In this document: piece after piece, positions 27,288-37,164 of the stretch
How the letters are laid out: the number at the start of each line of letters is the position of its first letter
Numbering within the stretch: position 1 is the stretch's first letter
From: an uncultured archaeon
GTDB taxonomy: Archaea > Hadarchaeota > Hadarchaeia > Hadarchaeales > WYZ-LMO6
DNA: 49,490 nt
NCBI GenBank assembly: GCA_938074535.1
Contig: CALJER010000029.1
Span: 1 to 49,490 of the forward strand
Reading direction: 5' to 3'
The notes under the pieces: generated by a model
Told to the model about the DNA's origin: nothing
The model's input: the letters and a program-made list of their open reading frames with translations, nothing else
The model's database searches: none
Made by a program: the position numbers and the translations under genes

Positions 27288-28760
27288 TCATCCTCCCCCC
27301 ATTCCCCAGTGCTGGAGGGCCTCCAGGTCGTTGCAGAAGAGGTCCCTGATGTCCTCCAGTCCGAGCCTCATCATCGCCAGCCTGGAGAGCCCTATCCCCC
27401 AGGCGAGCACGGGGTGCTTCACGCCCAGGGGTCTGAGGAGCTCCGGCCTGAACATCCCCGCTCCCAGCACCTCCACCCATTCCCTCCTCTTCGGGTGGTA
27501 GACCTCCGCCTCCACGGAGGGCTCCGTGAAAGGGAAATAGCCCGGGCGGAACCTCACCCTCTCGAAGCCCAGGGTGGTGAGGATCAGCTTCAGGTAGCCC
27601 AGCATGTCCCTGAAGGTGAGCCCCTCGTCCATCACTATCCCCTCGCACTGATAGAACTCGGCCAGGTGCTTGTAGTCTATCCTCTCGTGTCTGTACACCC
27701 TGTCGATGCAGAAGACCTTGAGGGGAGGGTGGGGATGGGAGGAAAGGTAGCGGACGGTGGCGGCCGTGGTCTGAGAGCAGAGGACGGCCCTCCGGCTCAC
27801 CTGGGGGTCGAACCTGTAGCCCCAGCCCGTGGATCCCTCCACCCCCCTTTCGTGCGCCCTGGCCACCCTCCTCACCAGGTCCCGGGGGGGGAGCTTCGTC
27901 CTGGAGGGGCGGGAGAGGGTGAAGTTGCTGTGGATTTCCCTGGCCGGATGGTCCTGGGCTTGGAAGAGGGCGTCGAAGTTCCAGAACTCCGACTCCACCG
28001 CCCTGCTCTTTATCTCCACGAAGCCCATGGCCAGCAGGGCCTCTCTCACCTCCTTGATTATCCTCTGCTGGGGGTGGATTCTCCCTGGACGGAGGGGGGG
28101 GACCCCTTCGGAGGGATCGTACCGCTTGAACCTCACCTCCTTCCACCTTCCCGTTACCAGCATCTCGTGGGTGAGTTCGGTGACCTCCTCCTGCAGCCTG
28201 ACCTCCCCCGCCACCCTCCTCCCCTCCTCCGTGAGGGAGAGGAGACGCCTGGTTCTCTCCTTCACCTCCACCAGCCCCCTTCTTTCCAGGACCTCACCCT
28301 CCGGGGGGAGTGCGGGGAGGGAGAGGTCCCCCTCCGAAAGCCTGCGCAGGAGCTCCTCCTCCGGCCACTCCCCGGAGAGGGCCTCCTCACCCCGCCCGGT
28401 GAGCCTCACCCTCCCCTCCGCCACTTCGGCCAGTCCCTTTCTCCTGAGCCACCCAAGCGCTATGGCGGCTTCTTCCCTGTCTCCAAGCTCCTCCACCGGC
28501 TTTTCCCCCTCCGCCAGCTTCTTCAGCAGCCTCCGCTCTGGCAGCCCCTCCTTGGCGTACTTCCTTCCCTCCTCGGTGAGGGAGAGGAGGAAAGACCGCT
28601 CCTCCCTGACGGAGAGGTACCCCCTCTGGCTCAGCCCCAGAACAGCCCTCATCAGGGTGGAGGGGTCCAGGCCCATTTCCCTCTCCACTTCCTCCGCCCA
28701 GGCCTCCCCCCTCTCCTTCAGGAAGAGAAGGGTCCTGGCTTCCTGGGTTTCCAGTTCCAT
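27288..28760 (-). CDS. pheS: Phenylalanyl-tRNA synthetase alpha subunit
   Basis: FWNFDALFQAQDHPARE, HLAEFYQCEG, YFPFTEPS, GAGMFRPE. Confidence 0.96.
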   Translation of the reverse strand: MELETQEARTLLFLKERGEAWAEEVEREMGLDPSTLMRAVLGLSQRGYLSVREERSFLLSLTEEGRKYAKEGLPERRLLKKLAEGEKPVEELGDREEAAIALGWLRRKGLAEVAEGRVRLTGRGEEALSGEWPEEELLRRLSEGDLSLPALPPEGEVLERRGLVEVKERTRRLLSLTEEGRRVAGEVRLQEEVTELTHEMLVTGRWKEVRFKRYDPSEGVPPLRPGRIHPQQRIIKEVREALLAMGFVEIKSRAVESEFWNFDALFQAQDHPAREIHSNFTLSRPSRTKLPPRDLVRRVARAHERGVEGSTGWGYRFDPQVSRRAVLCSQTTAATVRYLSSHPHPPLKVFCIDRVYRHERIDYKHLAEFYQCEGIVMDEGLTFRDMLGYLKLILTTLGFERVRFRPGYFPFTEPSVEAEVYHPKRREWVEVLGAGMFRPELLRPLGVKHPVLAWGIGLSRLAMMRLGLEDIRDLFCNDLEALQHWGMGGG

Positions 28761-28796
28761 CCCCCACCCTCTCCCTGCAGATATTTGGTCTTTTTC

Positions 28797-29984
28797 TCAG
28801 AGGGGAGGCAGCTTCTCCAGCTGCTCCAGCACCCTTCCCCTGATTTCCTCCACCGTTGGAAGGGCCACCACTCTTCCCTCCCTCACCAGGGGCTGGAGGA
28901 GGGGAGCACAGGGGGAGCCGCAGGAGCAGGTGGGGGCCTCCCTCCCAGCCGGCAGGACGAAATCCTGCAGGCAGCGCTCGCACCTCCAGACCTCCTTTCT
29001 CCCCCCAAGCTTGCCCCTTTTGGCCACGGGCCTTCCCTCCATCTCCACGATGTCCAGGGCGAAGTCCACGGTGGGGGCGTTGCTGAGGGAGGTTCCCACT
29101 CCGAAGCCGTCGGCCCCGGCCTCGCAAAGTTCCCGGAGGTTCCCGTCGCTGATACCCCCCGAAACGATGATCTTCACGTGGGAGTATCCCCTCAGGTCAA
29201 GCTCCCATCTCACCTCCCTCACGAGGGTGGCCATGTCCCCCCTCCTGGAGGAGGGCGTGTCGAGCCTCACCCCCCAGAGCTTCCGGCCTAGGGCTTCGGC
29301 GGCCATGATCGCCTCGGTCTTTTCATCGAAGTAGGTGTCCACCAGCGCCACCCTGGGCACCTCCGGGGGAACCACCTCATCAAAGGCCTTCCAGGCCTTC
29401 ACCTGATCTCCCATTACGATGATGAGGGCGTGCGGCATCGTGCCCATGGGTTCCTTCCCTATGGCCCTGGCCCCCGCCAGGCTCGATACCCCGTCCACCC
29501 CTCCTATGTAGGAAGCCCGGTCCACCATGGGGGCGAGGGCGGGATGGACCCTCCTCATCCCAAAGCCTATCAGGAGCCTCTTCCCCGCCAGCTTCCTCAG
29601 CCTCCCCGCCATGGTGGCCACCCCTGAGGCCTGGCAGAGGAGCCCGAGGAGGGGGGTCTCCAGCTCGCAGAACTCCCCGTAGGGGCCCTCTATCACCATC
29701 ACGGGCACCCTCACACCCCAGGCATCCTCCGGGCGGAAGACCGTGCCCTCGGGGAGGGAATAGATGTCGACCTTCCTCCCCTCGAAAAGTTTCCCCACCT
29801 CCTCCACCCCGCACAGGATGCCCCAGGGCCATCCCCGGGGGAGGGAGTGGGAGGTCACTTCCGCCACCACCCTCCTGCCCTCCAGCCCCTTCTGCTTCAG
29901 GACCTGCATGGTCCTCCTGAAGTAGACGTCGGTGGTTTCCCCAGCCCTTATCTCTTCGTCCGAGGCGATGTGGAAGAGCCTCAC
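28797..29984 (-). CDS. pncB: Nicotinate phosphoribosyltransferase
   Basis: TTDVYF, FGMRR, GTMPHAL, LVDTY, VRLDTPSSRRG, VSGG, FGVGT; start GTG 29984. Confidence 0.9.
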   Translation of the reverse strand: MRLFHIASDEEIRAGETTDVYFRRTMQVLKQKGLEGRRVVAEVTSHSLPRGWPWGILCGVEEVGKLFEGRKVDIYSLPEGTVFRPEDAWGVRVPVMVIEGPYGEFCELETPLLGLLCQASGVATMAGRLRKLAGKRLLIGFGMRRVHPALAPMVDRASYIGGVDGVSSLAGARAIGKEPMGTMPHALIIVMGDQVKAWKAFDEVVPPEVPRVALVDTYFDEKTEAIMAAEALGRKLWGVRLDTPSSRRGDMATLVREVRWELDLRGYSHVKIIVSGGISDGNLRELCEAGADGFGVGTSLSNAPTVDFALDIVEMEGRPVAKRGKLGGRKEVWRCERCLQDFVLPAGREAPTCSCGSPCAPLLQPLVREGRVVALPTVEEIRGRVLEQLEKLPPL

Positions 29985-30520
29985 TTCCTCCCCCCCAGCA
30001 GCTTGCACGAGCTCGTCACCCTGGCCCCGTACGCCTTCTTCATGTACCGCAGGGCCCAGTGGTGGCCCTTCTGGCTGGTGGAGGCCACGCAGTCCCTGAC
30101 CACCGTTACCCCGTACCCCCTGAAGAAGGCGTCGGCGGCGGTGTGGAGGACGCAGAAGTCCGTCAGCACCCCGGTGAGCACCACTTCCCTCGCCCCCTTC
30201 TCCCCGAGCGCCCCTTCTAGTCCGGTCCGGAAGAAGCCGCTGTACCTGCTCTTCTCCACCACCACCTCCCCCTCCCTCGGCTCCAGCTCGGGGATGATCT
30301 TTGCCCCCTCCGTTCCCTTCACCGCGTGCGGTCCCCAGAGGTTGAACTCGGGATCCTCCGGCGGGTGGGAATCGCAGACGTAGACCACGGGCTCCCCCCT
30401 CTTCCTCCACCCCTCCAGCAGCTCCCTGAGGCGGGGCACCATTCGTCTGGCCCCGGCGAAGCCGAACTTCCCCGTGACGAAGTCGTTGAGCATGTCGATG
30501 ATGAGGAGGGCCTGGGGCAT
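29981..30520 (-). CDS. pncA: Nicotinamidase/isochorismatase-family cysteine hydrolase
   Basis: IDMLNDF, DSH, WGPHAV, KSRYSGF, TDFCV; coupled to pncB. Confidence 0.8.
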   Translation of the reverse strand: MPQALLIIDMLNDFVTGKFGFAGARRMVPRLRELLEGWRKRGEPVVYVCDSHPPEDPEFNLWGPHAVKGTEGAKIIPELEPREGEVVVEKSRYSGFFRTGLEGALGEKGAREVVLTGVLTDFCVLHTAADAFFRGYGVTVVRDCVASTSQKGHHWALRYMKKAYGARVTSSCKLLGGRK

Positions 30521-30586
30521 CTCTTCCTTTCCTCCTGTCCCTCTTTAACCCTACCGCCCCGAGCGCCGGACCGGCGGTTGGCGGGG

Positions 30587-31144
30587 TTATCCCAGGGCCT
30601 TCAGCAGGAGGAGGAGACCCAGCAGCAGGAAGAGGATGCCGGAGGCCTTCCTGAGGGTCCCCCCCCGGAGGTGCTCCCCCAGATAACCTCCCACAGCCAC
30701 TCCCACCCCCATCAGGAGGGAGTAGGCCAGGGCGGCGCCCAGGAAGACCCAGAGGGGTTCCCGGTACTCCATCGAGAGGGCGAAGGTCGAGACCTGGGTC
30801 TTGTCCCCCACCTCCATGAGGGAGACCAGGAGGAAAGAGGAGAGGAAGGCCGATCTCCCTCCCCTGGCTCTCCCCCCGCCTTCTTTCCGGAGGAGGATCC
30901 AGATCCCGAAGGCCAGGAAAAGGGAGGAGGCCAGCAGGGAGGAGGCCCTCACCGGCAGGAGCTTCCCGGAAGCGGCGCCGGCGAGGATGCCCGCTCCGTC
31001 CACCAGGCAGACGGCGAGCATGGCACCCGAGAAAACCGCCAGGCGTCCGTACCTGCTGGAGAGGGTCACGGCGGCCAGCTGGGTCTTGTCCCCGAGCTCG
31101 GTCAGCAGCACCACGCCGAGGGAGGCGAGGAAGGGATGGTTCAT
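30587..31144 (-). CDS. GDT1/TMEM165 (UPF0016) Ca2+/Mn2+ transporter
   Basis: Two E-phi-GDKTQ motifs (ELGDKTQ, EVGDKTQ); ATGA overlap with thiI. Confidence 0.9.
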   Translation of the reverse strand: MNHPFLASLGVVLLTELGDKTQLAAVTLSSRYGRLAVFSGAMLAVCLVDGAGILAGAASGKLLPVRASSLLASSLFLAFGIWILLRKEGGGRARGGRSAFLSSFLLVSLMEVGDKTQVSTFALSMEYREPLWVFLGAALAYSLLMGVGVAVGGYLGEHLRGGTLRKASGILFLLLGLLLLLKALG

Positions 31145-32229
31145 TCGCTTCCCAGCTCCTTTTCCAGCTCCCTGATCCGCTCCGGATCCCCCCTGGTGGC
31201 GGGACGCCCGGGCGAGGCCCCGCACCCTCCCACCTCCCTTGAGGCTTCTTCCCACGTCCCTATCCTCCTGGCCAGCTCCCCTATCTCCACCTTGTCCAGG
31301 CCCACCAAGGGACGCAGAACGGGGAGGGAGCAGGCCTCGTCCAGCACCCTCAGGTTCTCCAGGGTCTGCGAGGCCACCTGCCCCAGGCTCTCCCCCGTTA
31401 CCAGGGCCAGGGCCCCCCTCTCCCTGGCCAGCTCCTCCCCCACCCTGTACATCCTGCGCTTGCACAGGAGGCAGGTGTACCTCTCCTCCCCTTTCCTCCA
31501 CAGGAACTCCCTCATCCTCTGGAGGAACTTCCCGTGCTCCCTCACCTCCAGCTCCAGCCCCGGATGGTACTCGGAGAGGATCCTTACCACCCTTTCCGCC
31601 CTTTCCCTGGCCTCGGGGCGGGTGAAGGGGGAGGAGTCGAAGTAGAGGGGGACGACCTCGCAGCCCCTCTTCATCATCATCCAGGCGGCCACGGGCGAGT
31701 CTATCCCGCCCGAGAAGAGGGAGACCACCCTTCCCTCCACTCCCAGGGGTATACCCCCCGCCCCCCTCACCACCCTGGAGAAGAGGAAGCACTCCTCCCC
31801 CCTTATCTCCACGAAGAGCTCCCGCTGGGGCCTCTCCAGGTCCACCTTCAGCCCCCTGAACGTCCTCTGGAGGAGGGAGCCGAGCTCCGCGGCCTTCTGG
31901 GGGGAGGTGAAGGGGTGGTCCCCCGTCCTCCTCACCCTCACCGCGAAGGTCTGCCCCTCCCCGAAGCCCTCCCTCCTGCAGAACTCCACGGCCTTCTCCT
32001 CCAGCTCGGACAGGTCGCACCGCTCGCAGGGGGAGAAGGAGACCACGCCGAAAACCTTCTTCAGTTTCTCCTCGGGAACCTCCCCCTCCACCCATATCCT
32101 CCCCCTCTCCCTCCTCACCCCCTCCACCCCCGGGAGGGCCTTCAGCTGCCTCACCAGGCTTCCCTCCCACCTCCTCCTCACGGGCTCCGACTTGAGGGCC
32201 AGCTCGCCGTATCTCAGGAGGTAGAGCAT
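31141..32229 (-). CDS. thiI: tRNA 4-thiouridine synthase
   Basis: RYGELALKS, THUMP region, SGGIDS PP-loop, CLLC, GESLGQVASQT. Confidence 0.93.
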   Translation of the reverse strand: MLYLLRYGELALKSEPVRRRWEGSLVRQLKALPGVEGVRRERGRIWVEGEVPEEKLKKVFGVVSFSPCERCDLSELEEKAVEFCRREGFGEGQTFAVRVRRTGDHPFTSPQKAAELGSLLQRTFRGLKVDLERPQRELFVEIRGEECFLFSRVVRGAGGIPLGVEGRVVSLFSGGIDSPVAAWMMMKRGCEVVPLYFDSSPFTRPEARERAERVVRILSEYHPGLELEVREHGKFLQRMREFLWRKGEERYTCLLCKRRMYRVGEELARERGALALVTGESLGQVASQTLENLRVLDEACSLPVLRPLVGLDKVEIGELARRIGTWEEASREVGGCGASPGRPATRGDPERIRELEKELGSE

Positions 32230-32246
32230 CGGTAAGGGTGGAAGCC

Positions 32247-32789
32247 TCAGCCTTTAGTCCTTACCAGCCTGAGGATTTCCCCCGCGAGCAGGCTAGGGAG
32301 GGAGGAGAAGTTGGAGGGGGAGACCTCCAGGAGCTTCACGTCCTTCCTCCTCTTCACCTCCCCTATGAAGCCCTTCTCCGTCCTGAGGTGCACGGCCGCC
32401 AGCACGGGCAGGGGGGAGGAGAGGGCCTCGGTCACGGCCCCCCTGAACTCCCCGCTCAGGACCTCCATGGGGCCTATCTCGTCCACCACTACCACCTCCG
32501 CCTCCCTCAGCGCCCTCCTTATCCCCCCTCCCCCTATCCTCCCCAGCGCCTCCAGGTTCACCCCGTATTTCCCCACCCCCGGTCCCTCCAGCCCCACGCG
32601 GGCCAGCATTCCCGCCTCCCCGGTGAGCAGGTCCCTTATCTCGAAACCCACCCTCGTGCCTCCCTCCCTCACCTCGGGGCAGTAAATCCCCCCCACCTTC
32701 ACCCCTTCCTCCCTCAGCAGGGAGACCGTTTTCCCTATCACCGTGCTCTTCCCGCTCCCCGGCCTTCCCGTGAGGAGGAAGTTCTTCAC
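32247..32789 (-). CDS. THEP1-family nucleoside triphosphatase
   Basis: TGRPGSGKST, VGKYGVN, DEIGPME. Confidence 0.9.
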   Translation of the reverse strand: MKNFLLTGRPGSGKSTVIGKTVSLLREEGVKVGGIYCPEVREGGTRVGFEIRDLLTGEAGMLARVGLEGPGVGKYGVNLEALGRIGGGGIRRALREAEVVVVDEIGPMEVLSGEFRGAVTEALSSPLPVLAAVHLRTEKGFIGEVKRRKDVKLLEVSPSNFSSLPSLLAGEILRLVRTKG

Positions 32790-32840
32790 CCCTGGAGTTC
32801 GGAGGGGAAGGATTTAGCCCTCTCCCTCCCCCTTCCACCG

Positions 32841-33488
32841 ATGGAGAGGGCCGGGGGAGAGGTGGCGGGCCTGGACGAGGCCGGCAGGGGACCCGTGCTG
32901 GGACCCATGGTCCTCTGCGGGGTGGTGGTGGACGGGAGGGGCCTGGAGGAGATGAGGAGGATGGGGGTGAGGGACTCCAAGCTCCTCCCCCCCGCCAGGA
33001 GGGAGAGGCTGGCCTCCCTCATCCTCTCCCTCTGCAGGAGGGCGGAGGTGGTGGAGCTCCAGCCCGCGGAAATAGATGCCTGCCTGGAGAGGGGGATCAA
33101 CCTCAACGAGCTGGAGGCCAGGGAGTTCGCCCGCATCCTGAACGTGCTGAAACCGCGGGTAGCGTACCTGGATTCTCCCGATCCCCGTCCCGACCTCTTC
33201 CGGAGGAGGCTGGGAAGGTACCTGAAGGCGGAGGTGGAGCTGGTGGTGGAGAATTCCGCGGACAGGAGGTACACGGTGGTGGGGGCGGCCTCCATCCTGG
33301 CGAAGGTGAGGAGGGACGCGAGGCTGGCGGAGCTGAAGAAGAAGTACGGGGAGCTGGGTTCGGGCTACAGCCACGATCCCCTGACCATCAACTTCCTCAG
33401 GAGGTGGGTGGAGAAGCACGGCGACCTTCCCCCCTTCGCGAGGAGGTCCTGGGAGACCTGCAGGAGGCTGAGGGAGGCCTCACCCTGA
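32841..33488 (+). CDS. rnhB: Ribonuclease HII
   Basis: GLDEAGRGPVLGPMV, DSK, AASILAKV.RD, GSGY..D, RRSW. Confidence 0.95.
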   Translation: MERAGGEVAGLDEAGRGPVLGPMVLCGVVVDGRGLEEMRRMGVRDSKLLPPARRERLASLILSLCRRAEVVELQPAEIDACLERGINLNELEAREFARILNVLKPRVAYLDSPDPRPDLFRRRLGRYLKAEVELVVENSADRRYTVVGAASILAKVRRDARLAELKKKYGELGSGYSHDPLTINFLRRWVEKHGDLPPFARRSWETCRRLREASP

Positions 33489-34076
33489 GAGGTCGTCCGC
33501 GTCCCTCAGCCTCTCCACGGTCAGGCCCGTGAGCATCCCCACCTGCTCTGCATCCAGGTAGCGGGAGACGGAGGAATCGAAGAGGATTTCCACCGAAGCC
33601 GGGAAGTCCTCGTCCCCCAGCGTGAGCACGAGGGTGATGGGGATGAGGGGGAGGGACCTGATCCTGACCGCGTAGTCCCCGTATCCCATCTTCACCTGCG
33701 AGCCTCCGAGGAGTTCGGCTGCCCTCACCAGCCTCTCCCCCCTGGAGCCGAACCTTTCCAGGAGGGAGGATTTGCTGCGCTGGAGGGTCATATCAGGACA
33801 GAGCTCCCCTCCCTTCAGCTGTTTGGGGGTGATGAGGGTGGAGGTTTCGGGCACGGGTTCGGCCCTGGCGTAGAAGGTCAGGAGGCAGTAGATCCTTTCC
33901 CACCTGAGCTGGTCCCTCGGGTAGGGGCGGTTCTTGAGTTCATCGTGGATGTTTCCGTCCTCCAAGGAGAGCCTCAGCCCCAGGAACCTCACTTCTTCTC
34001 CGAAGCCCATCCTCCCCCTGAGCTTCCTCAGGTCCTCCCTGCAGTTCTCCCAGGTCCACCTCTCCTGAGCGAACAT
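33480..34076 (-). CDS. DUF3786-like protein
   Basis: LKGG, GDYAVRIRSLPLIPI, GDEDFPASVEILFD. Confidence 0.7.
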   Translation of the reverse strand: MFAQERWTWENCREDLRKLRGRMGFGEEVRFLGLRLSLEDGNIHDELKNRPYPRDQLRWERIYCLLTFYARAEPVPETSTLITPKQLKGGELCPDMTLQRSKSSLLERFGSRGERLVRAAELLGGSQVKMGYGDYAVRIRSLPLIPITLVLTLGDEDFPASVEILFDSSVSRYLDAEQVGMLTGLTVERLRDADDLSG

Positions 34077-34122
34077 TCTCTTTTCCTCTTACGCCCGCCA
34101 TTTAAACCGCTGGGGCGGGCTT

Positions 34123-35055
34123 TCACCGCAGCCCCAATCCCTTCAGCAGCTCGCAGGTCCTGCACACCCTGCCGGGCGTGGGCTCCCCGCAAACTTCGCA
34201 CCCCACCAGCTCCGCCTCAGGTTTCCGGTCCTCCCCCAGCCCCTCCTTCAACCTCTCGAAGGTTCTGAGGACGCCGAACTTGCAGTTGGGGTGCCTGCTC
34301 TCCAGCCTGTTCAGGAAGTCCCTCACCTCCGCGTGGATTCCCCTGGCGTAGGGGCACTGGCCCAGGTGCACCCTCAGCCCCTTCAGGAGGGCGTAGGCCG
34401 CCACCTCCCTCTCGGGAATTTCCCTCAGCGGCTTCACCCTAGGGACGAAGCCCTCCCTGGAGGAGTAGGCAGGTCCCAGGCGGAGCAGCCTGGAGAGGTC
34501 CCCCCGGAGGTAGTTCAGCAGGATGGCCTGCACCTCGTCGTCCAGGTTGTGTCCCGTGGCCACCCTCACCAATCCCGCCTCCCTGGCCATCCTGTTGAGG
34601 AGGTACCTCCTCATCACCCCGCAGTAGGTGCAGGGGTCGAGTCCTGTCCCTTCCTCCCCCGCCAGCCTCACCATCTCGTCCAGGGTGGCCCCGAAGCTCT
34701 CCCTGAAGCTCACCACACGGTGTTCCACGCCCAGGGAGGAGGCGGCCTCCCTAGCGCAGGTCAGGGCTTCTTCACGGTACCCCTTTATCCCCTCGTCCAC
34801 CGAGAGGGCCACCACCCTGAACTTCTTCACCCTCCCCAGCTCCGCCATCAGGTGCAGGAGGGTGATGCTGTCCTTCCCCCCCGAGACCGCCACCCCTATC
34901 TTCTCCCCCGGGAGGGCCATCCTCTTCTCGTAAACGGCCTTTCTGAACCTCCTCTCCACGCTCCTGGGGAAGCACCTGTCGCAGAGGAGCACCCCGGCGT
35001 ACCTCTGGTGGTAAACGGGTGAGCGGCCGCAGAGGGTGCAGCGCAGCGTTTTCAG
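34123..35055 (-). CDS. ttuA: TtuA/Ncs6 tRNA 2-thiolation protein; start probably CTG (35055 or 35046)
   Basis: SGGKDS, CTYCGVMRR, TGHNLDDE, CPY, C-terminal CEVC..CRTC; N-terminal CTLC lies upstream of the first canonical start. Confidence 0.88.
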   Translation of the reverse strand: MKTLRCTLCGRSPVYHQRYAGVLLCDRCFPRSVERRFRKAVYEKRMALPGEKIGVAVSGGKDSITLLHLMAELGRVKKFRVVALSVDEGIKGYREEALTCAREAASSLGVEHRVVSFRESFGATLDEMVRLAGEEGTGLDPCTYCGVMRRYLLNRMAREAGLVRVATGHNLDDEVQAILLNYLRGDLSRLLRLGPAYSSREGFVPRVKPLREIPEREVAAYALLKGLRVHLGQCPYARGIHAEVRDFLNRLESRHPNCKFGVLRTFERLKEGLGEDRKPEAELVGCEVCGEPTPGRVCRTCELLKGLGLR

Positions 35056-35258
35056 CCCCCCGTGACCACCCTGAGGACCTCCAGCTCCTCCCCCTCCGAG
35101 AGCCTTTCCTCCTCCACCACCAGCTTTTTCCCCTTTCTCACCAGCACGCTCTCCCTGTCGTATCCCAGCTCCTCCAGCAGTCTCCCCACGGTGGTTCCCT
35201 CCGCCACCTCCACCTCCCGCTCCCTTCCTTCGGCCTTCACCCTGACCTTCAAGCTCAC
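35052..35258 (-). CDS. ThiS/MoaD/SAMP ubiquitin-like sulfur carrier
   Basis: 68 aa, C-terminal VTGG, adjacent to ttuA. Confidence 0.9.
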   Translation of the reverse strand: MSLKVRVKAEGREREVEVAEGTTVGRLLEELGYDRESVLVRKGKKLVVEEERLSEGEELEVLRVVTGG

Positions 35259-36466
35259 AGCCCCCTTCCCATGGCCAGCTGGACGATGCGCTCCACCTGT
35301 TGCTGCAGGAACTCCGGGAGCTTCAGGATCCTCACGTCCAGGAAGCCCCTGATGAGGAGGTCCTCCGCCTCTTTTCTCCCCAGGCCCCTGGACATGAGGT
35401 AGATCACCTGTTCCTCGTTCAGCTTCCCCACCGCGGCCTCATGGGTGAGGGTGGAGGTGGAGCTCTTGGAGAGGAGCTCGGGAACGGCCGAGATCTCCGA
35501 CTGGGGCGAGAGCATGAGACCATTGCATTCCACGTGCCCCACGTTGTCTCCCCCCAGACTGGTGATCCTGGCCCTCATCGTCACCTTGGACTCCTCGGCC
35601 GTGACGGTCCTCCCGAGGATCTCTCCCCTGTTGGAGGGGCCCACCATCTCTATCCACCCGCCCAGGTCGTACTGCGAGGCCCCCTTCCCGTACACGATGG
35701 AGTTGAGGGCGGCGGAAGCCTTCCTTCCCACCATCCTCACCCTGGGGTAGGCCTGAAGGGAGGCCACGGGAGTGAGGGCGATGTAGTTGCTCACGAAGGT
35801 GCTCTCGTCCTCCATCACCACCCCCGTCCTGGGACGCACGTCCACCTTGGGCCCCCAGTGGTGGACCATGGTGAAGGTGAGCTTGGCCCCCCTCTTCAGG
35901 TAGAACTCGGAGATCCCCAGATGCAGGCCCCTCTCGACCTGGGGGTGGGTCAGGCAGCCCGTGAGGAGCTGGGCGGAGGAGTCCCTCTCCATGAGGATGA
36001 TGTTGTGCACGGCCTGGAGCAGGTTCCCGGTGCGGAGGTAGAGGCAGGCCTGCAGGGGCAGCGCCACCTCCTTACCTTCGAACACCCTGATGAAGTACCC
36101 TCCCTTGCCGTGCAGGGCGGTGAAGGCCGTGTACTTGTCGGCGGCGGGGTCCACGGCCTTCCACACGTACTCCTGCAGCCAGTCATGCTTTTTCACGGCC
36201 TCCTCGAAGCTCATGATTTCCAGGCTGTCCTCGTACATCTTCTGGATTTGGGTGTAGAGGGCGGAGTGGTCCACCTGCATGAAGCTTCCCGCCCTCCCCT
36301 CTCCCCTGGGGTCCAATCCTACCGAAGAGACCTCCTGCCCAGGTTCCTCAGGCCTCCCGCCGGTTTCCGTGAGATAGGAGGAGAGGTCCAGGTCGGGACC
36401 GTAGGGGGAGGGTTTGTTCAGGGCCTCCTTCAGCTCCTCATGGCGGACGGACATCTCTTGCACCAT
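35255..36466 (-). CDS. sufB: SufB/SufD-family scaffold (SmsB-like)
   Basis: DKYTA, PLQAC, TGC, GHVECNGL, THEAAVGK, YLMSRG; the start may be ATG 36454. Confidence 0.9.
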   Translation of the reverse strand: MVQEMSVRHEELKEALNKPSPYGPDLDLSSYLTETGGRPEEPGQEVSSVGLDPRGEGRAGSFMQVDHSALYTQIQKMYEDSLEIMSFEEAVKKHDWLQEYVWKAVDPAADKYTAFTALHGKGGYFIRVFEGKEVALPLQACLYLRTGNLLQAVHNIILMERDSSAQLLTGCLTHPQVERGLHLGISEFYLKRGAKLTFTMVHHWGPKVDVRPRTGVVMEDESTFVSNYIALTPVASLQAYPRVRMVGRKASAALNSIVYGKGASQYDLGGWIEMVGPSNRGEILGRTVTAEESKVTMRARITSLGGDNVGHVECNGLMLSPQSEISAVPELLSKSSTSTLTHEAAVGKLNEEQVIYLMSRGLGRKEAEDLLIRGFLDVRILKLPEFLQQQVERIVQLAMGRGL

Positions 36467-37161
36467 TCGTAGCCTTTGGCCTGGATGGTCTCAAGGATTT
36501 TCTCGGGATCCCCGTGGCAGGCCACCCTCCCCTCGATCATCACGTGGGCTTCCCTGGCCCTGAGGTACTTCAGGATGTGGCTGGTGTGGGTGATCACCAG
36601 GGCGGATTTTCCCTCCAGCGCCCGGGAGAGCTCCCTCCCCATGAGCTCCAGGTTCTCGATGTCCACTCCGGAGTCGGGTTCGTCCAGGATGAAAAACTCG
36701 GGGTTCATGGCCAGTACCTGCAGGGCCTCGGCTTTCTTCCTCTCCCCTCCGGAAAAACCGTAGTTCAGGTCACGGTGCAGGAGTTCTTCCCCCACCTGGA
36801 GCTGGGAGGTAAGCCTGGCCGTCCAGGTGCTCCCCGTCCTGCTGCTCAGGATCTTGAGGATGTCCGCCAGCTTCACCCCCCTCACCACGGGCGGGTTCTG
36901 GAACATCAGGGCCATCCCCATCTTCACCCTCTCCTCCAGGGGGGAACGCGTCACTTCCCTTCCCTTGAACCTTATCGTCCCTGAGACCACATGGAAGGCG
37001 GGTATGCCCAGCAGGACCTGCGCCAGGGAGGACTTGCCCGAGGCGTTGGGTCCCAGCAGGGCGTGCACCTCTCCCTCGGGCACGGTGAGGTCTACCCCCT
37101 TGAGCACGGCCTTCCCGTCCACCACCGCCCTCAGCCCCTTCACTTCAAGGATGGGCTCCAT
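36430..37161 (-). CDS. sufC: SufC-family ABC ATPase (SmsC-like, C-terminal CxxC)
   Basis: GPNASGKS, FSGGE, LDEPDSGVD, ITH, WCKRC. Confidence 0.9.
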   Translation of the reverse strand: MEPILEVKGLRAVVDGKAVLKGVDLTVPEGEVHALLGPNASGKSSLAQVLLGIPAFHVVSGTIRFKGREVTRSPLEERVKMGMALMFQNPPVVRGVKLADILKILSSRTGSTWTARLTSQLQVGEELLHRDLNYGFSGGERKKAEALQVLAMNPEFFILDEPDSGVDIENLELMGRELSRALEGKSALVITHTSHILKYLRAREAHVMIEGRVACHGDPEKILETIQAKGYEWCKRCPSAMRS

Positions 37162-37164
37162 CGA

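Noticed and set aside
30555-30587. GC hairpin between GDT1 and pncA
   Set aside because: Short, expected at this GC content, no further support as a separate element
28797-32170. Apparent long N-terminal extensions of pncB and GDT1 (also 17358-18500, 37165-39150, 32238-33488)
   Set aside because: Extensions are alternate frames of neighbouring genes; true starts sit at NTGA overlaps or where family homology begins
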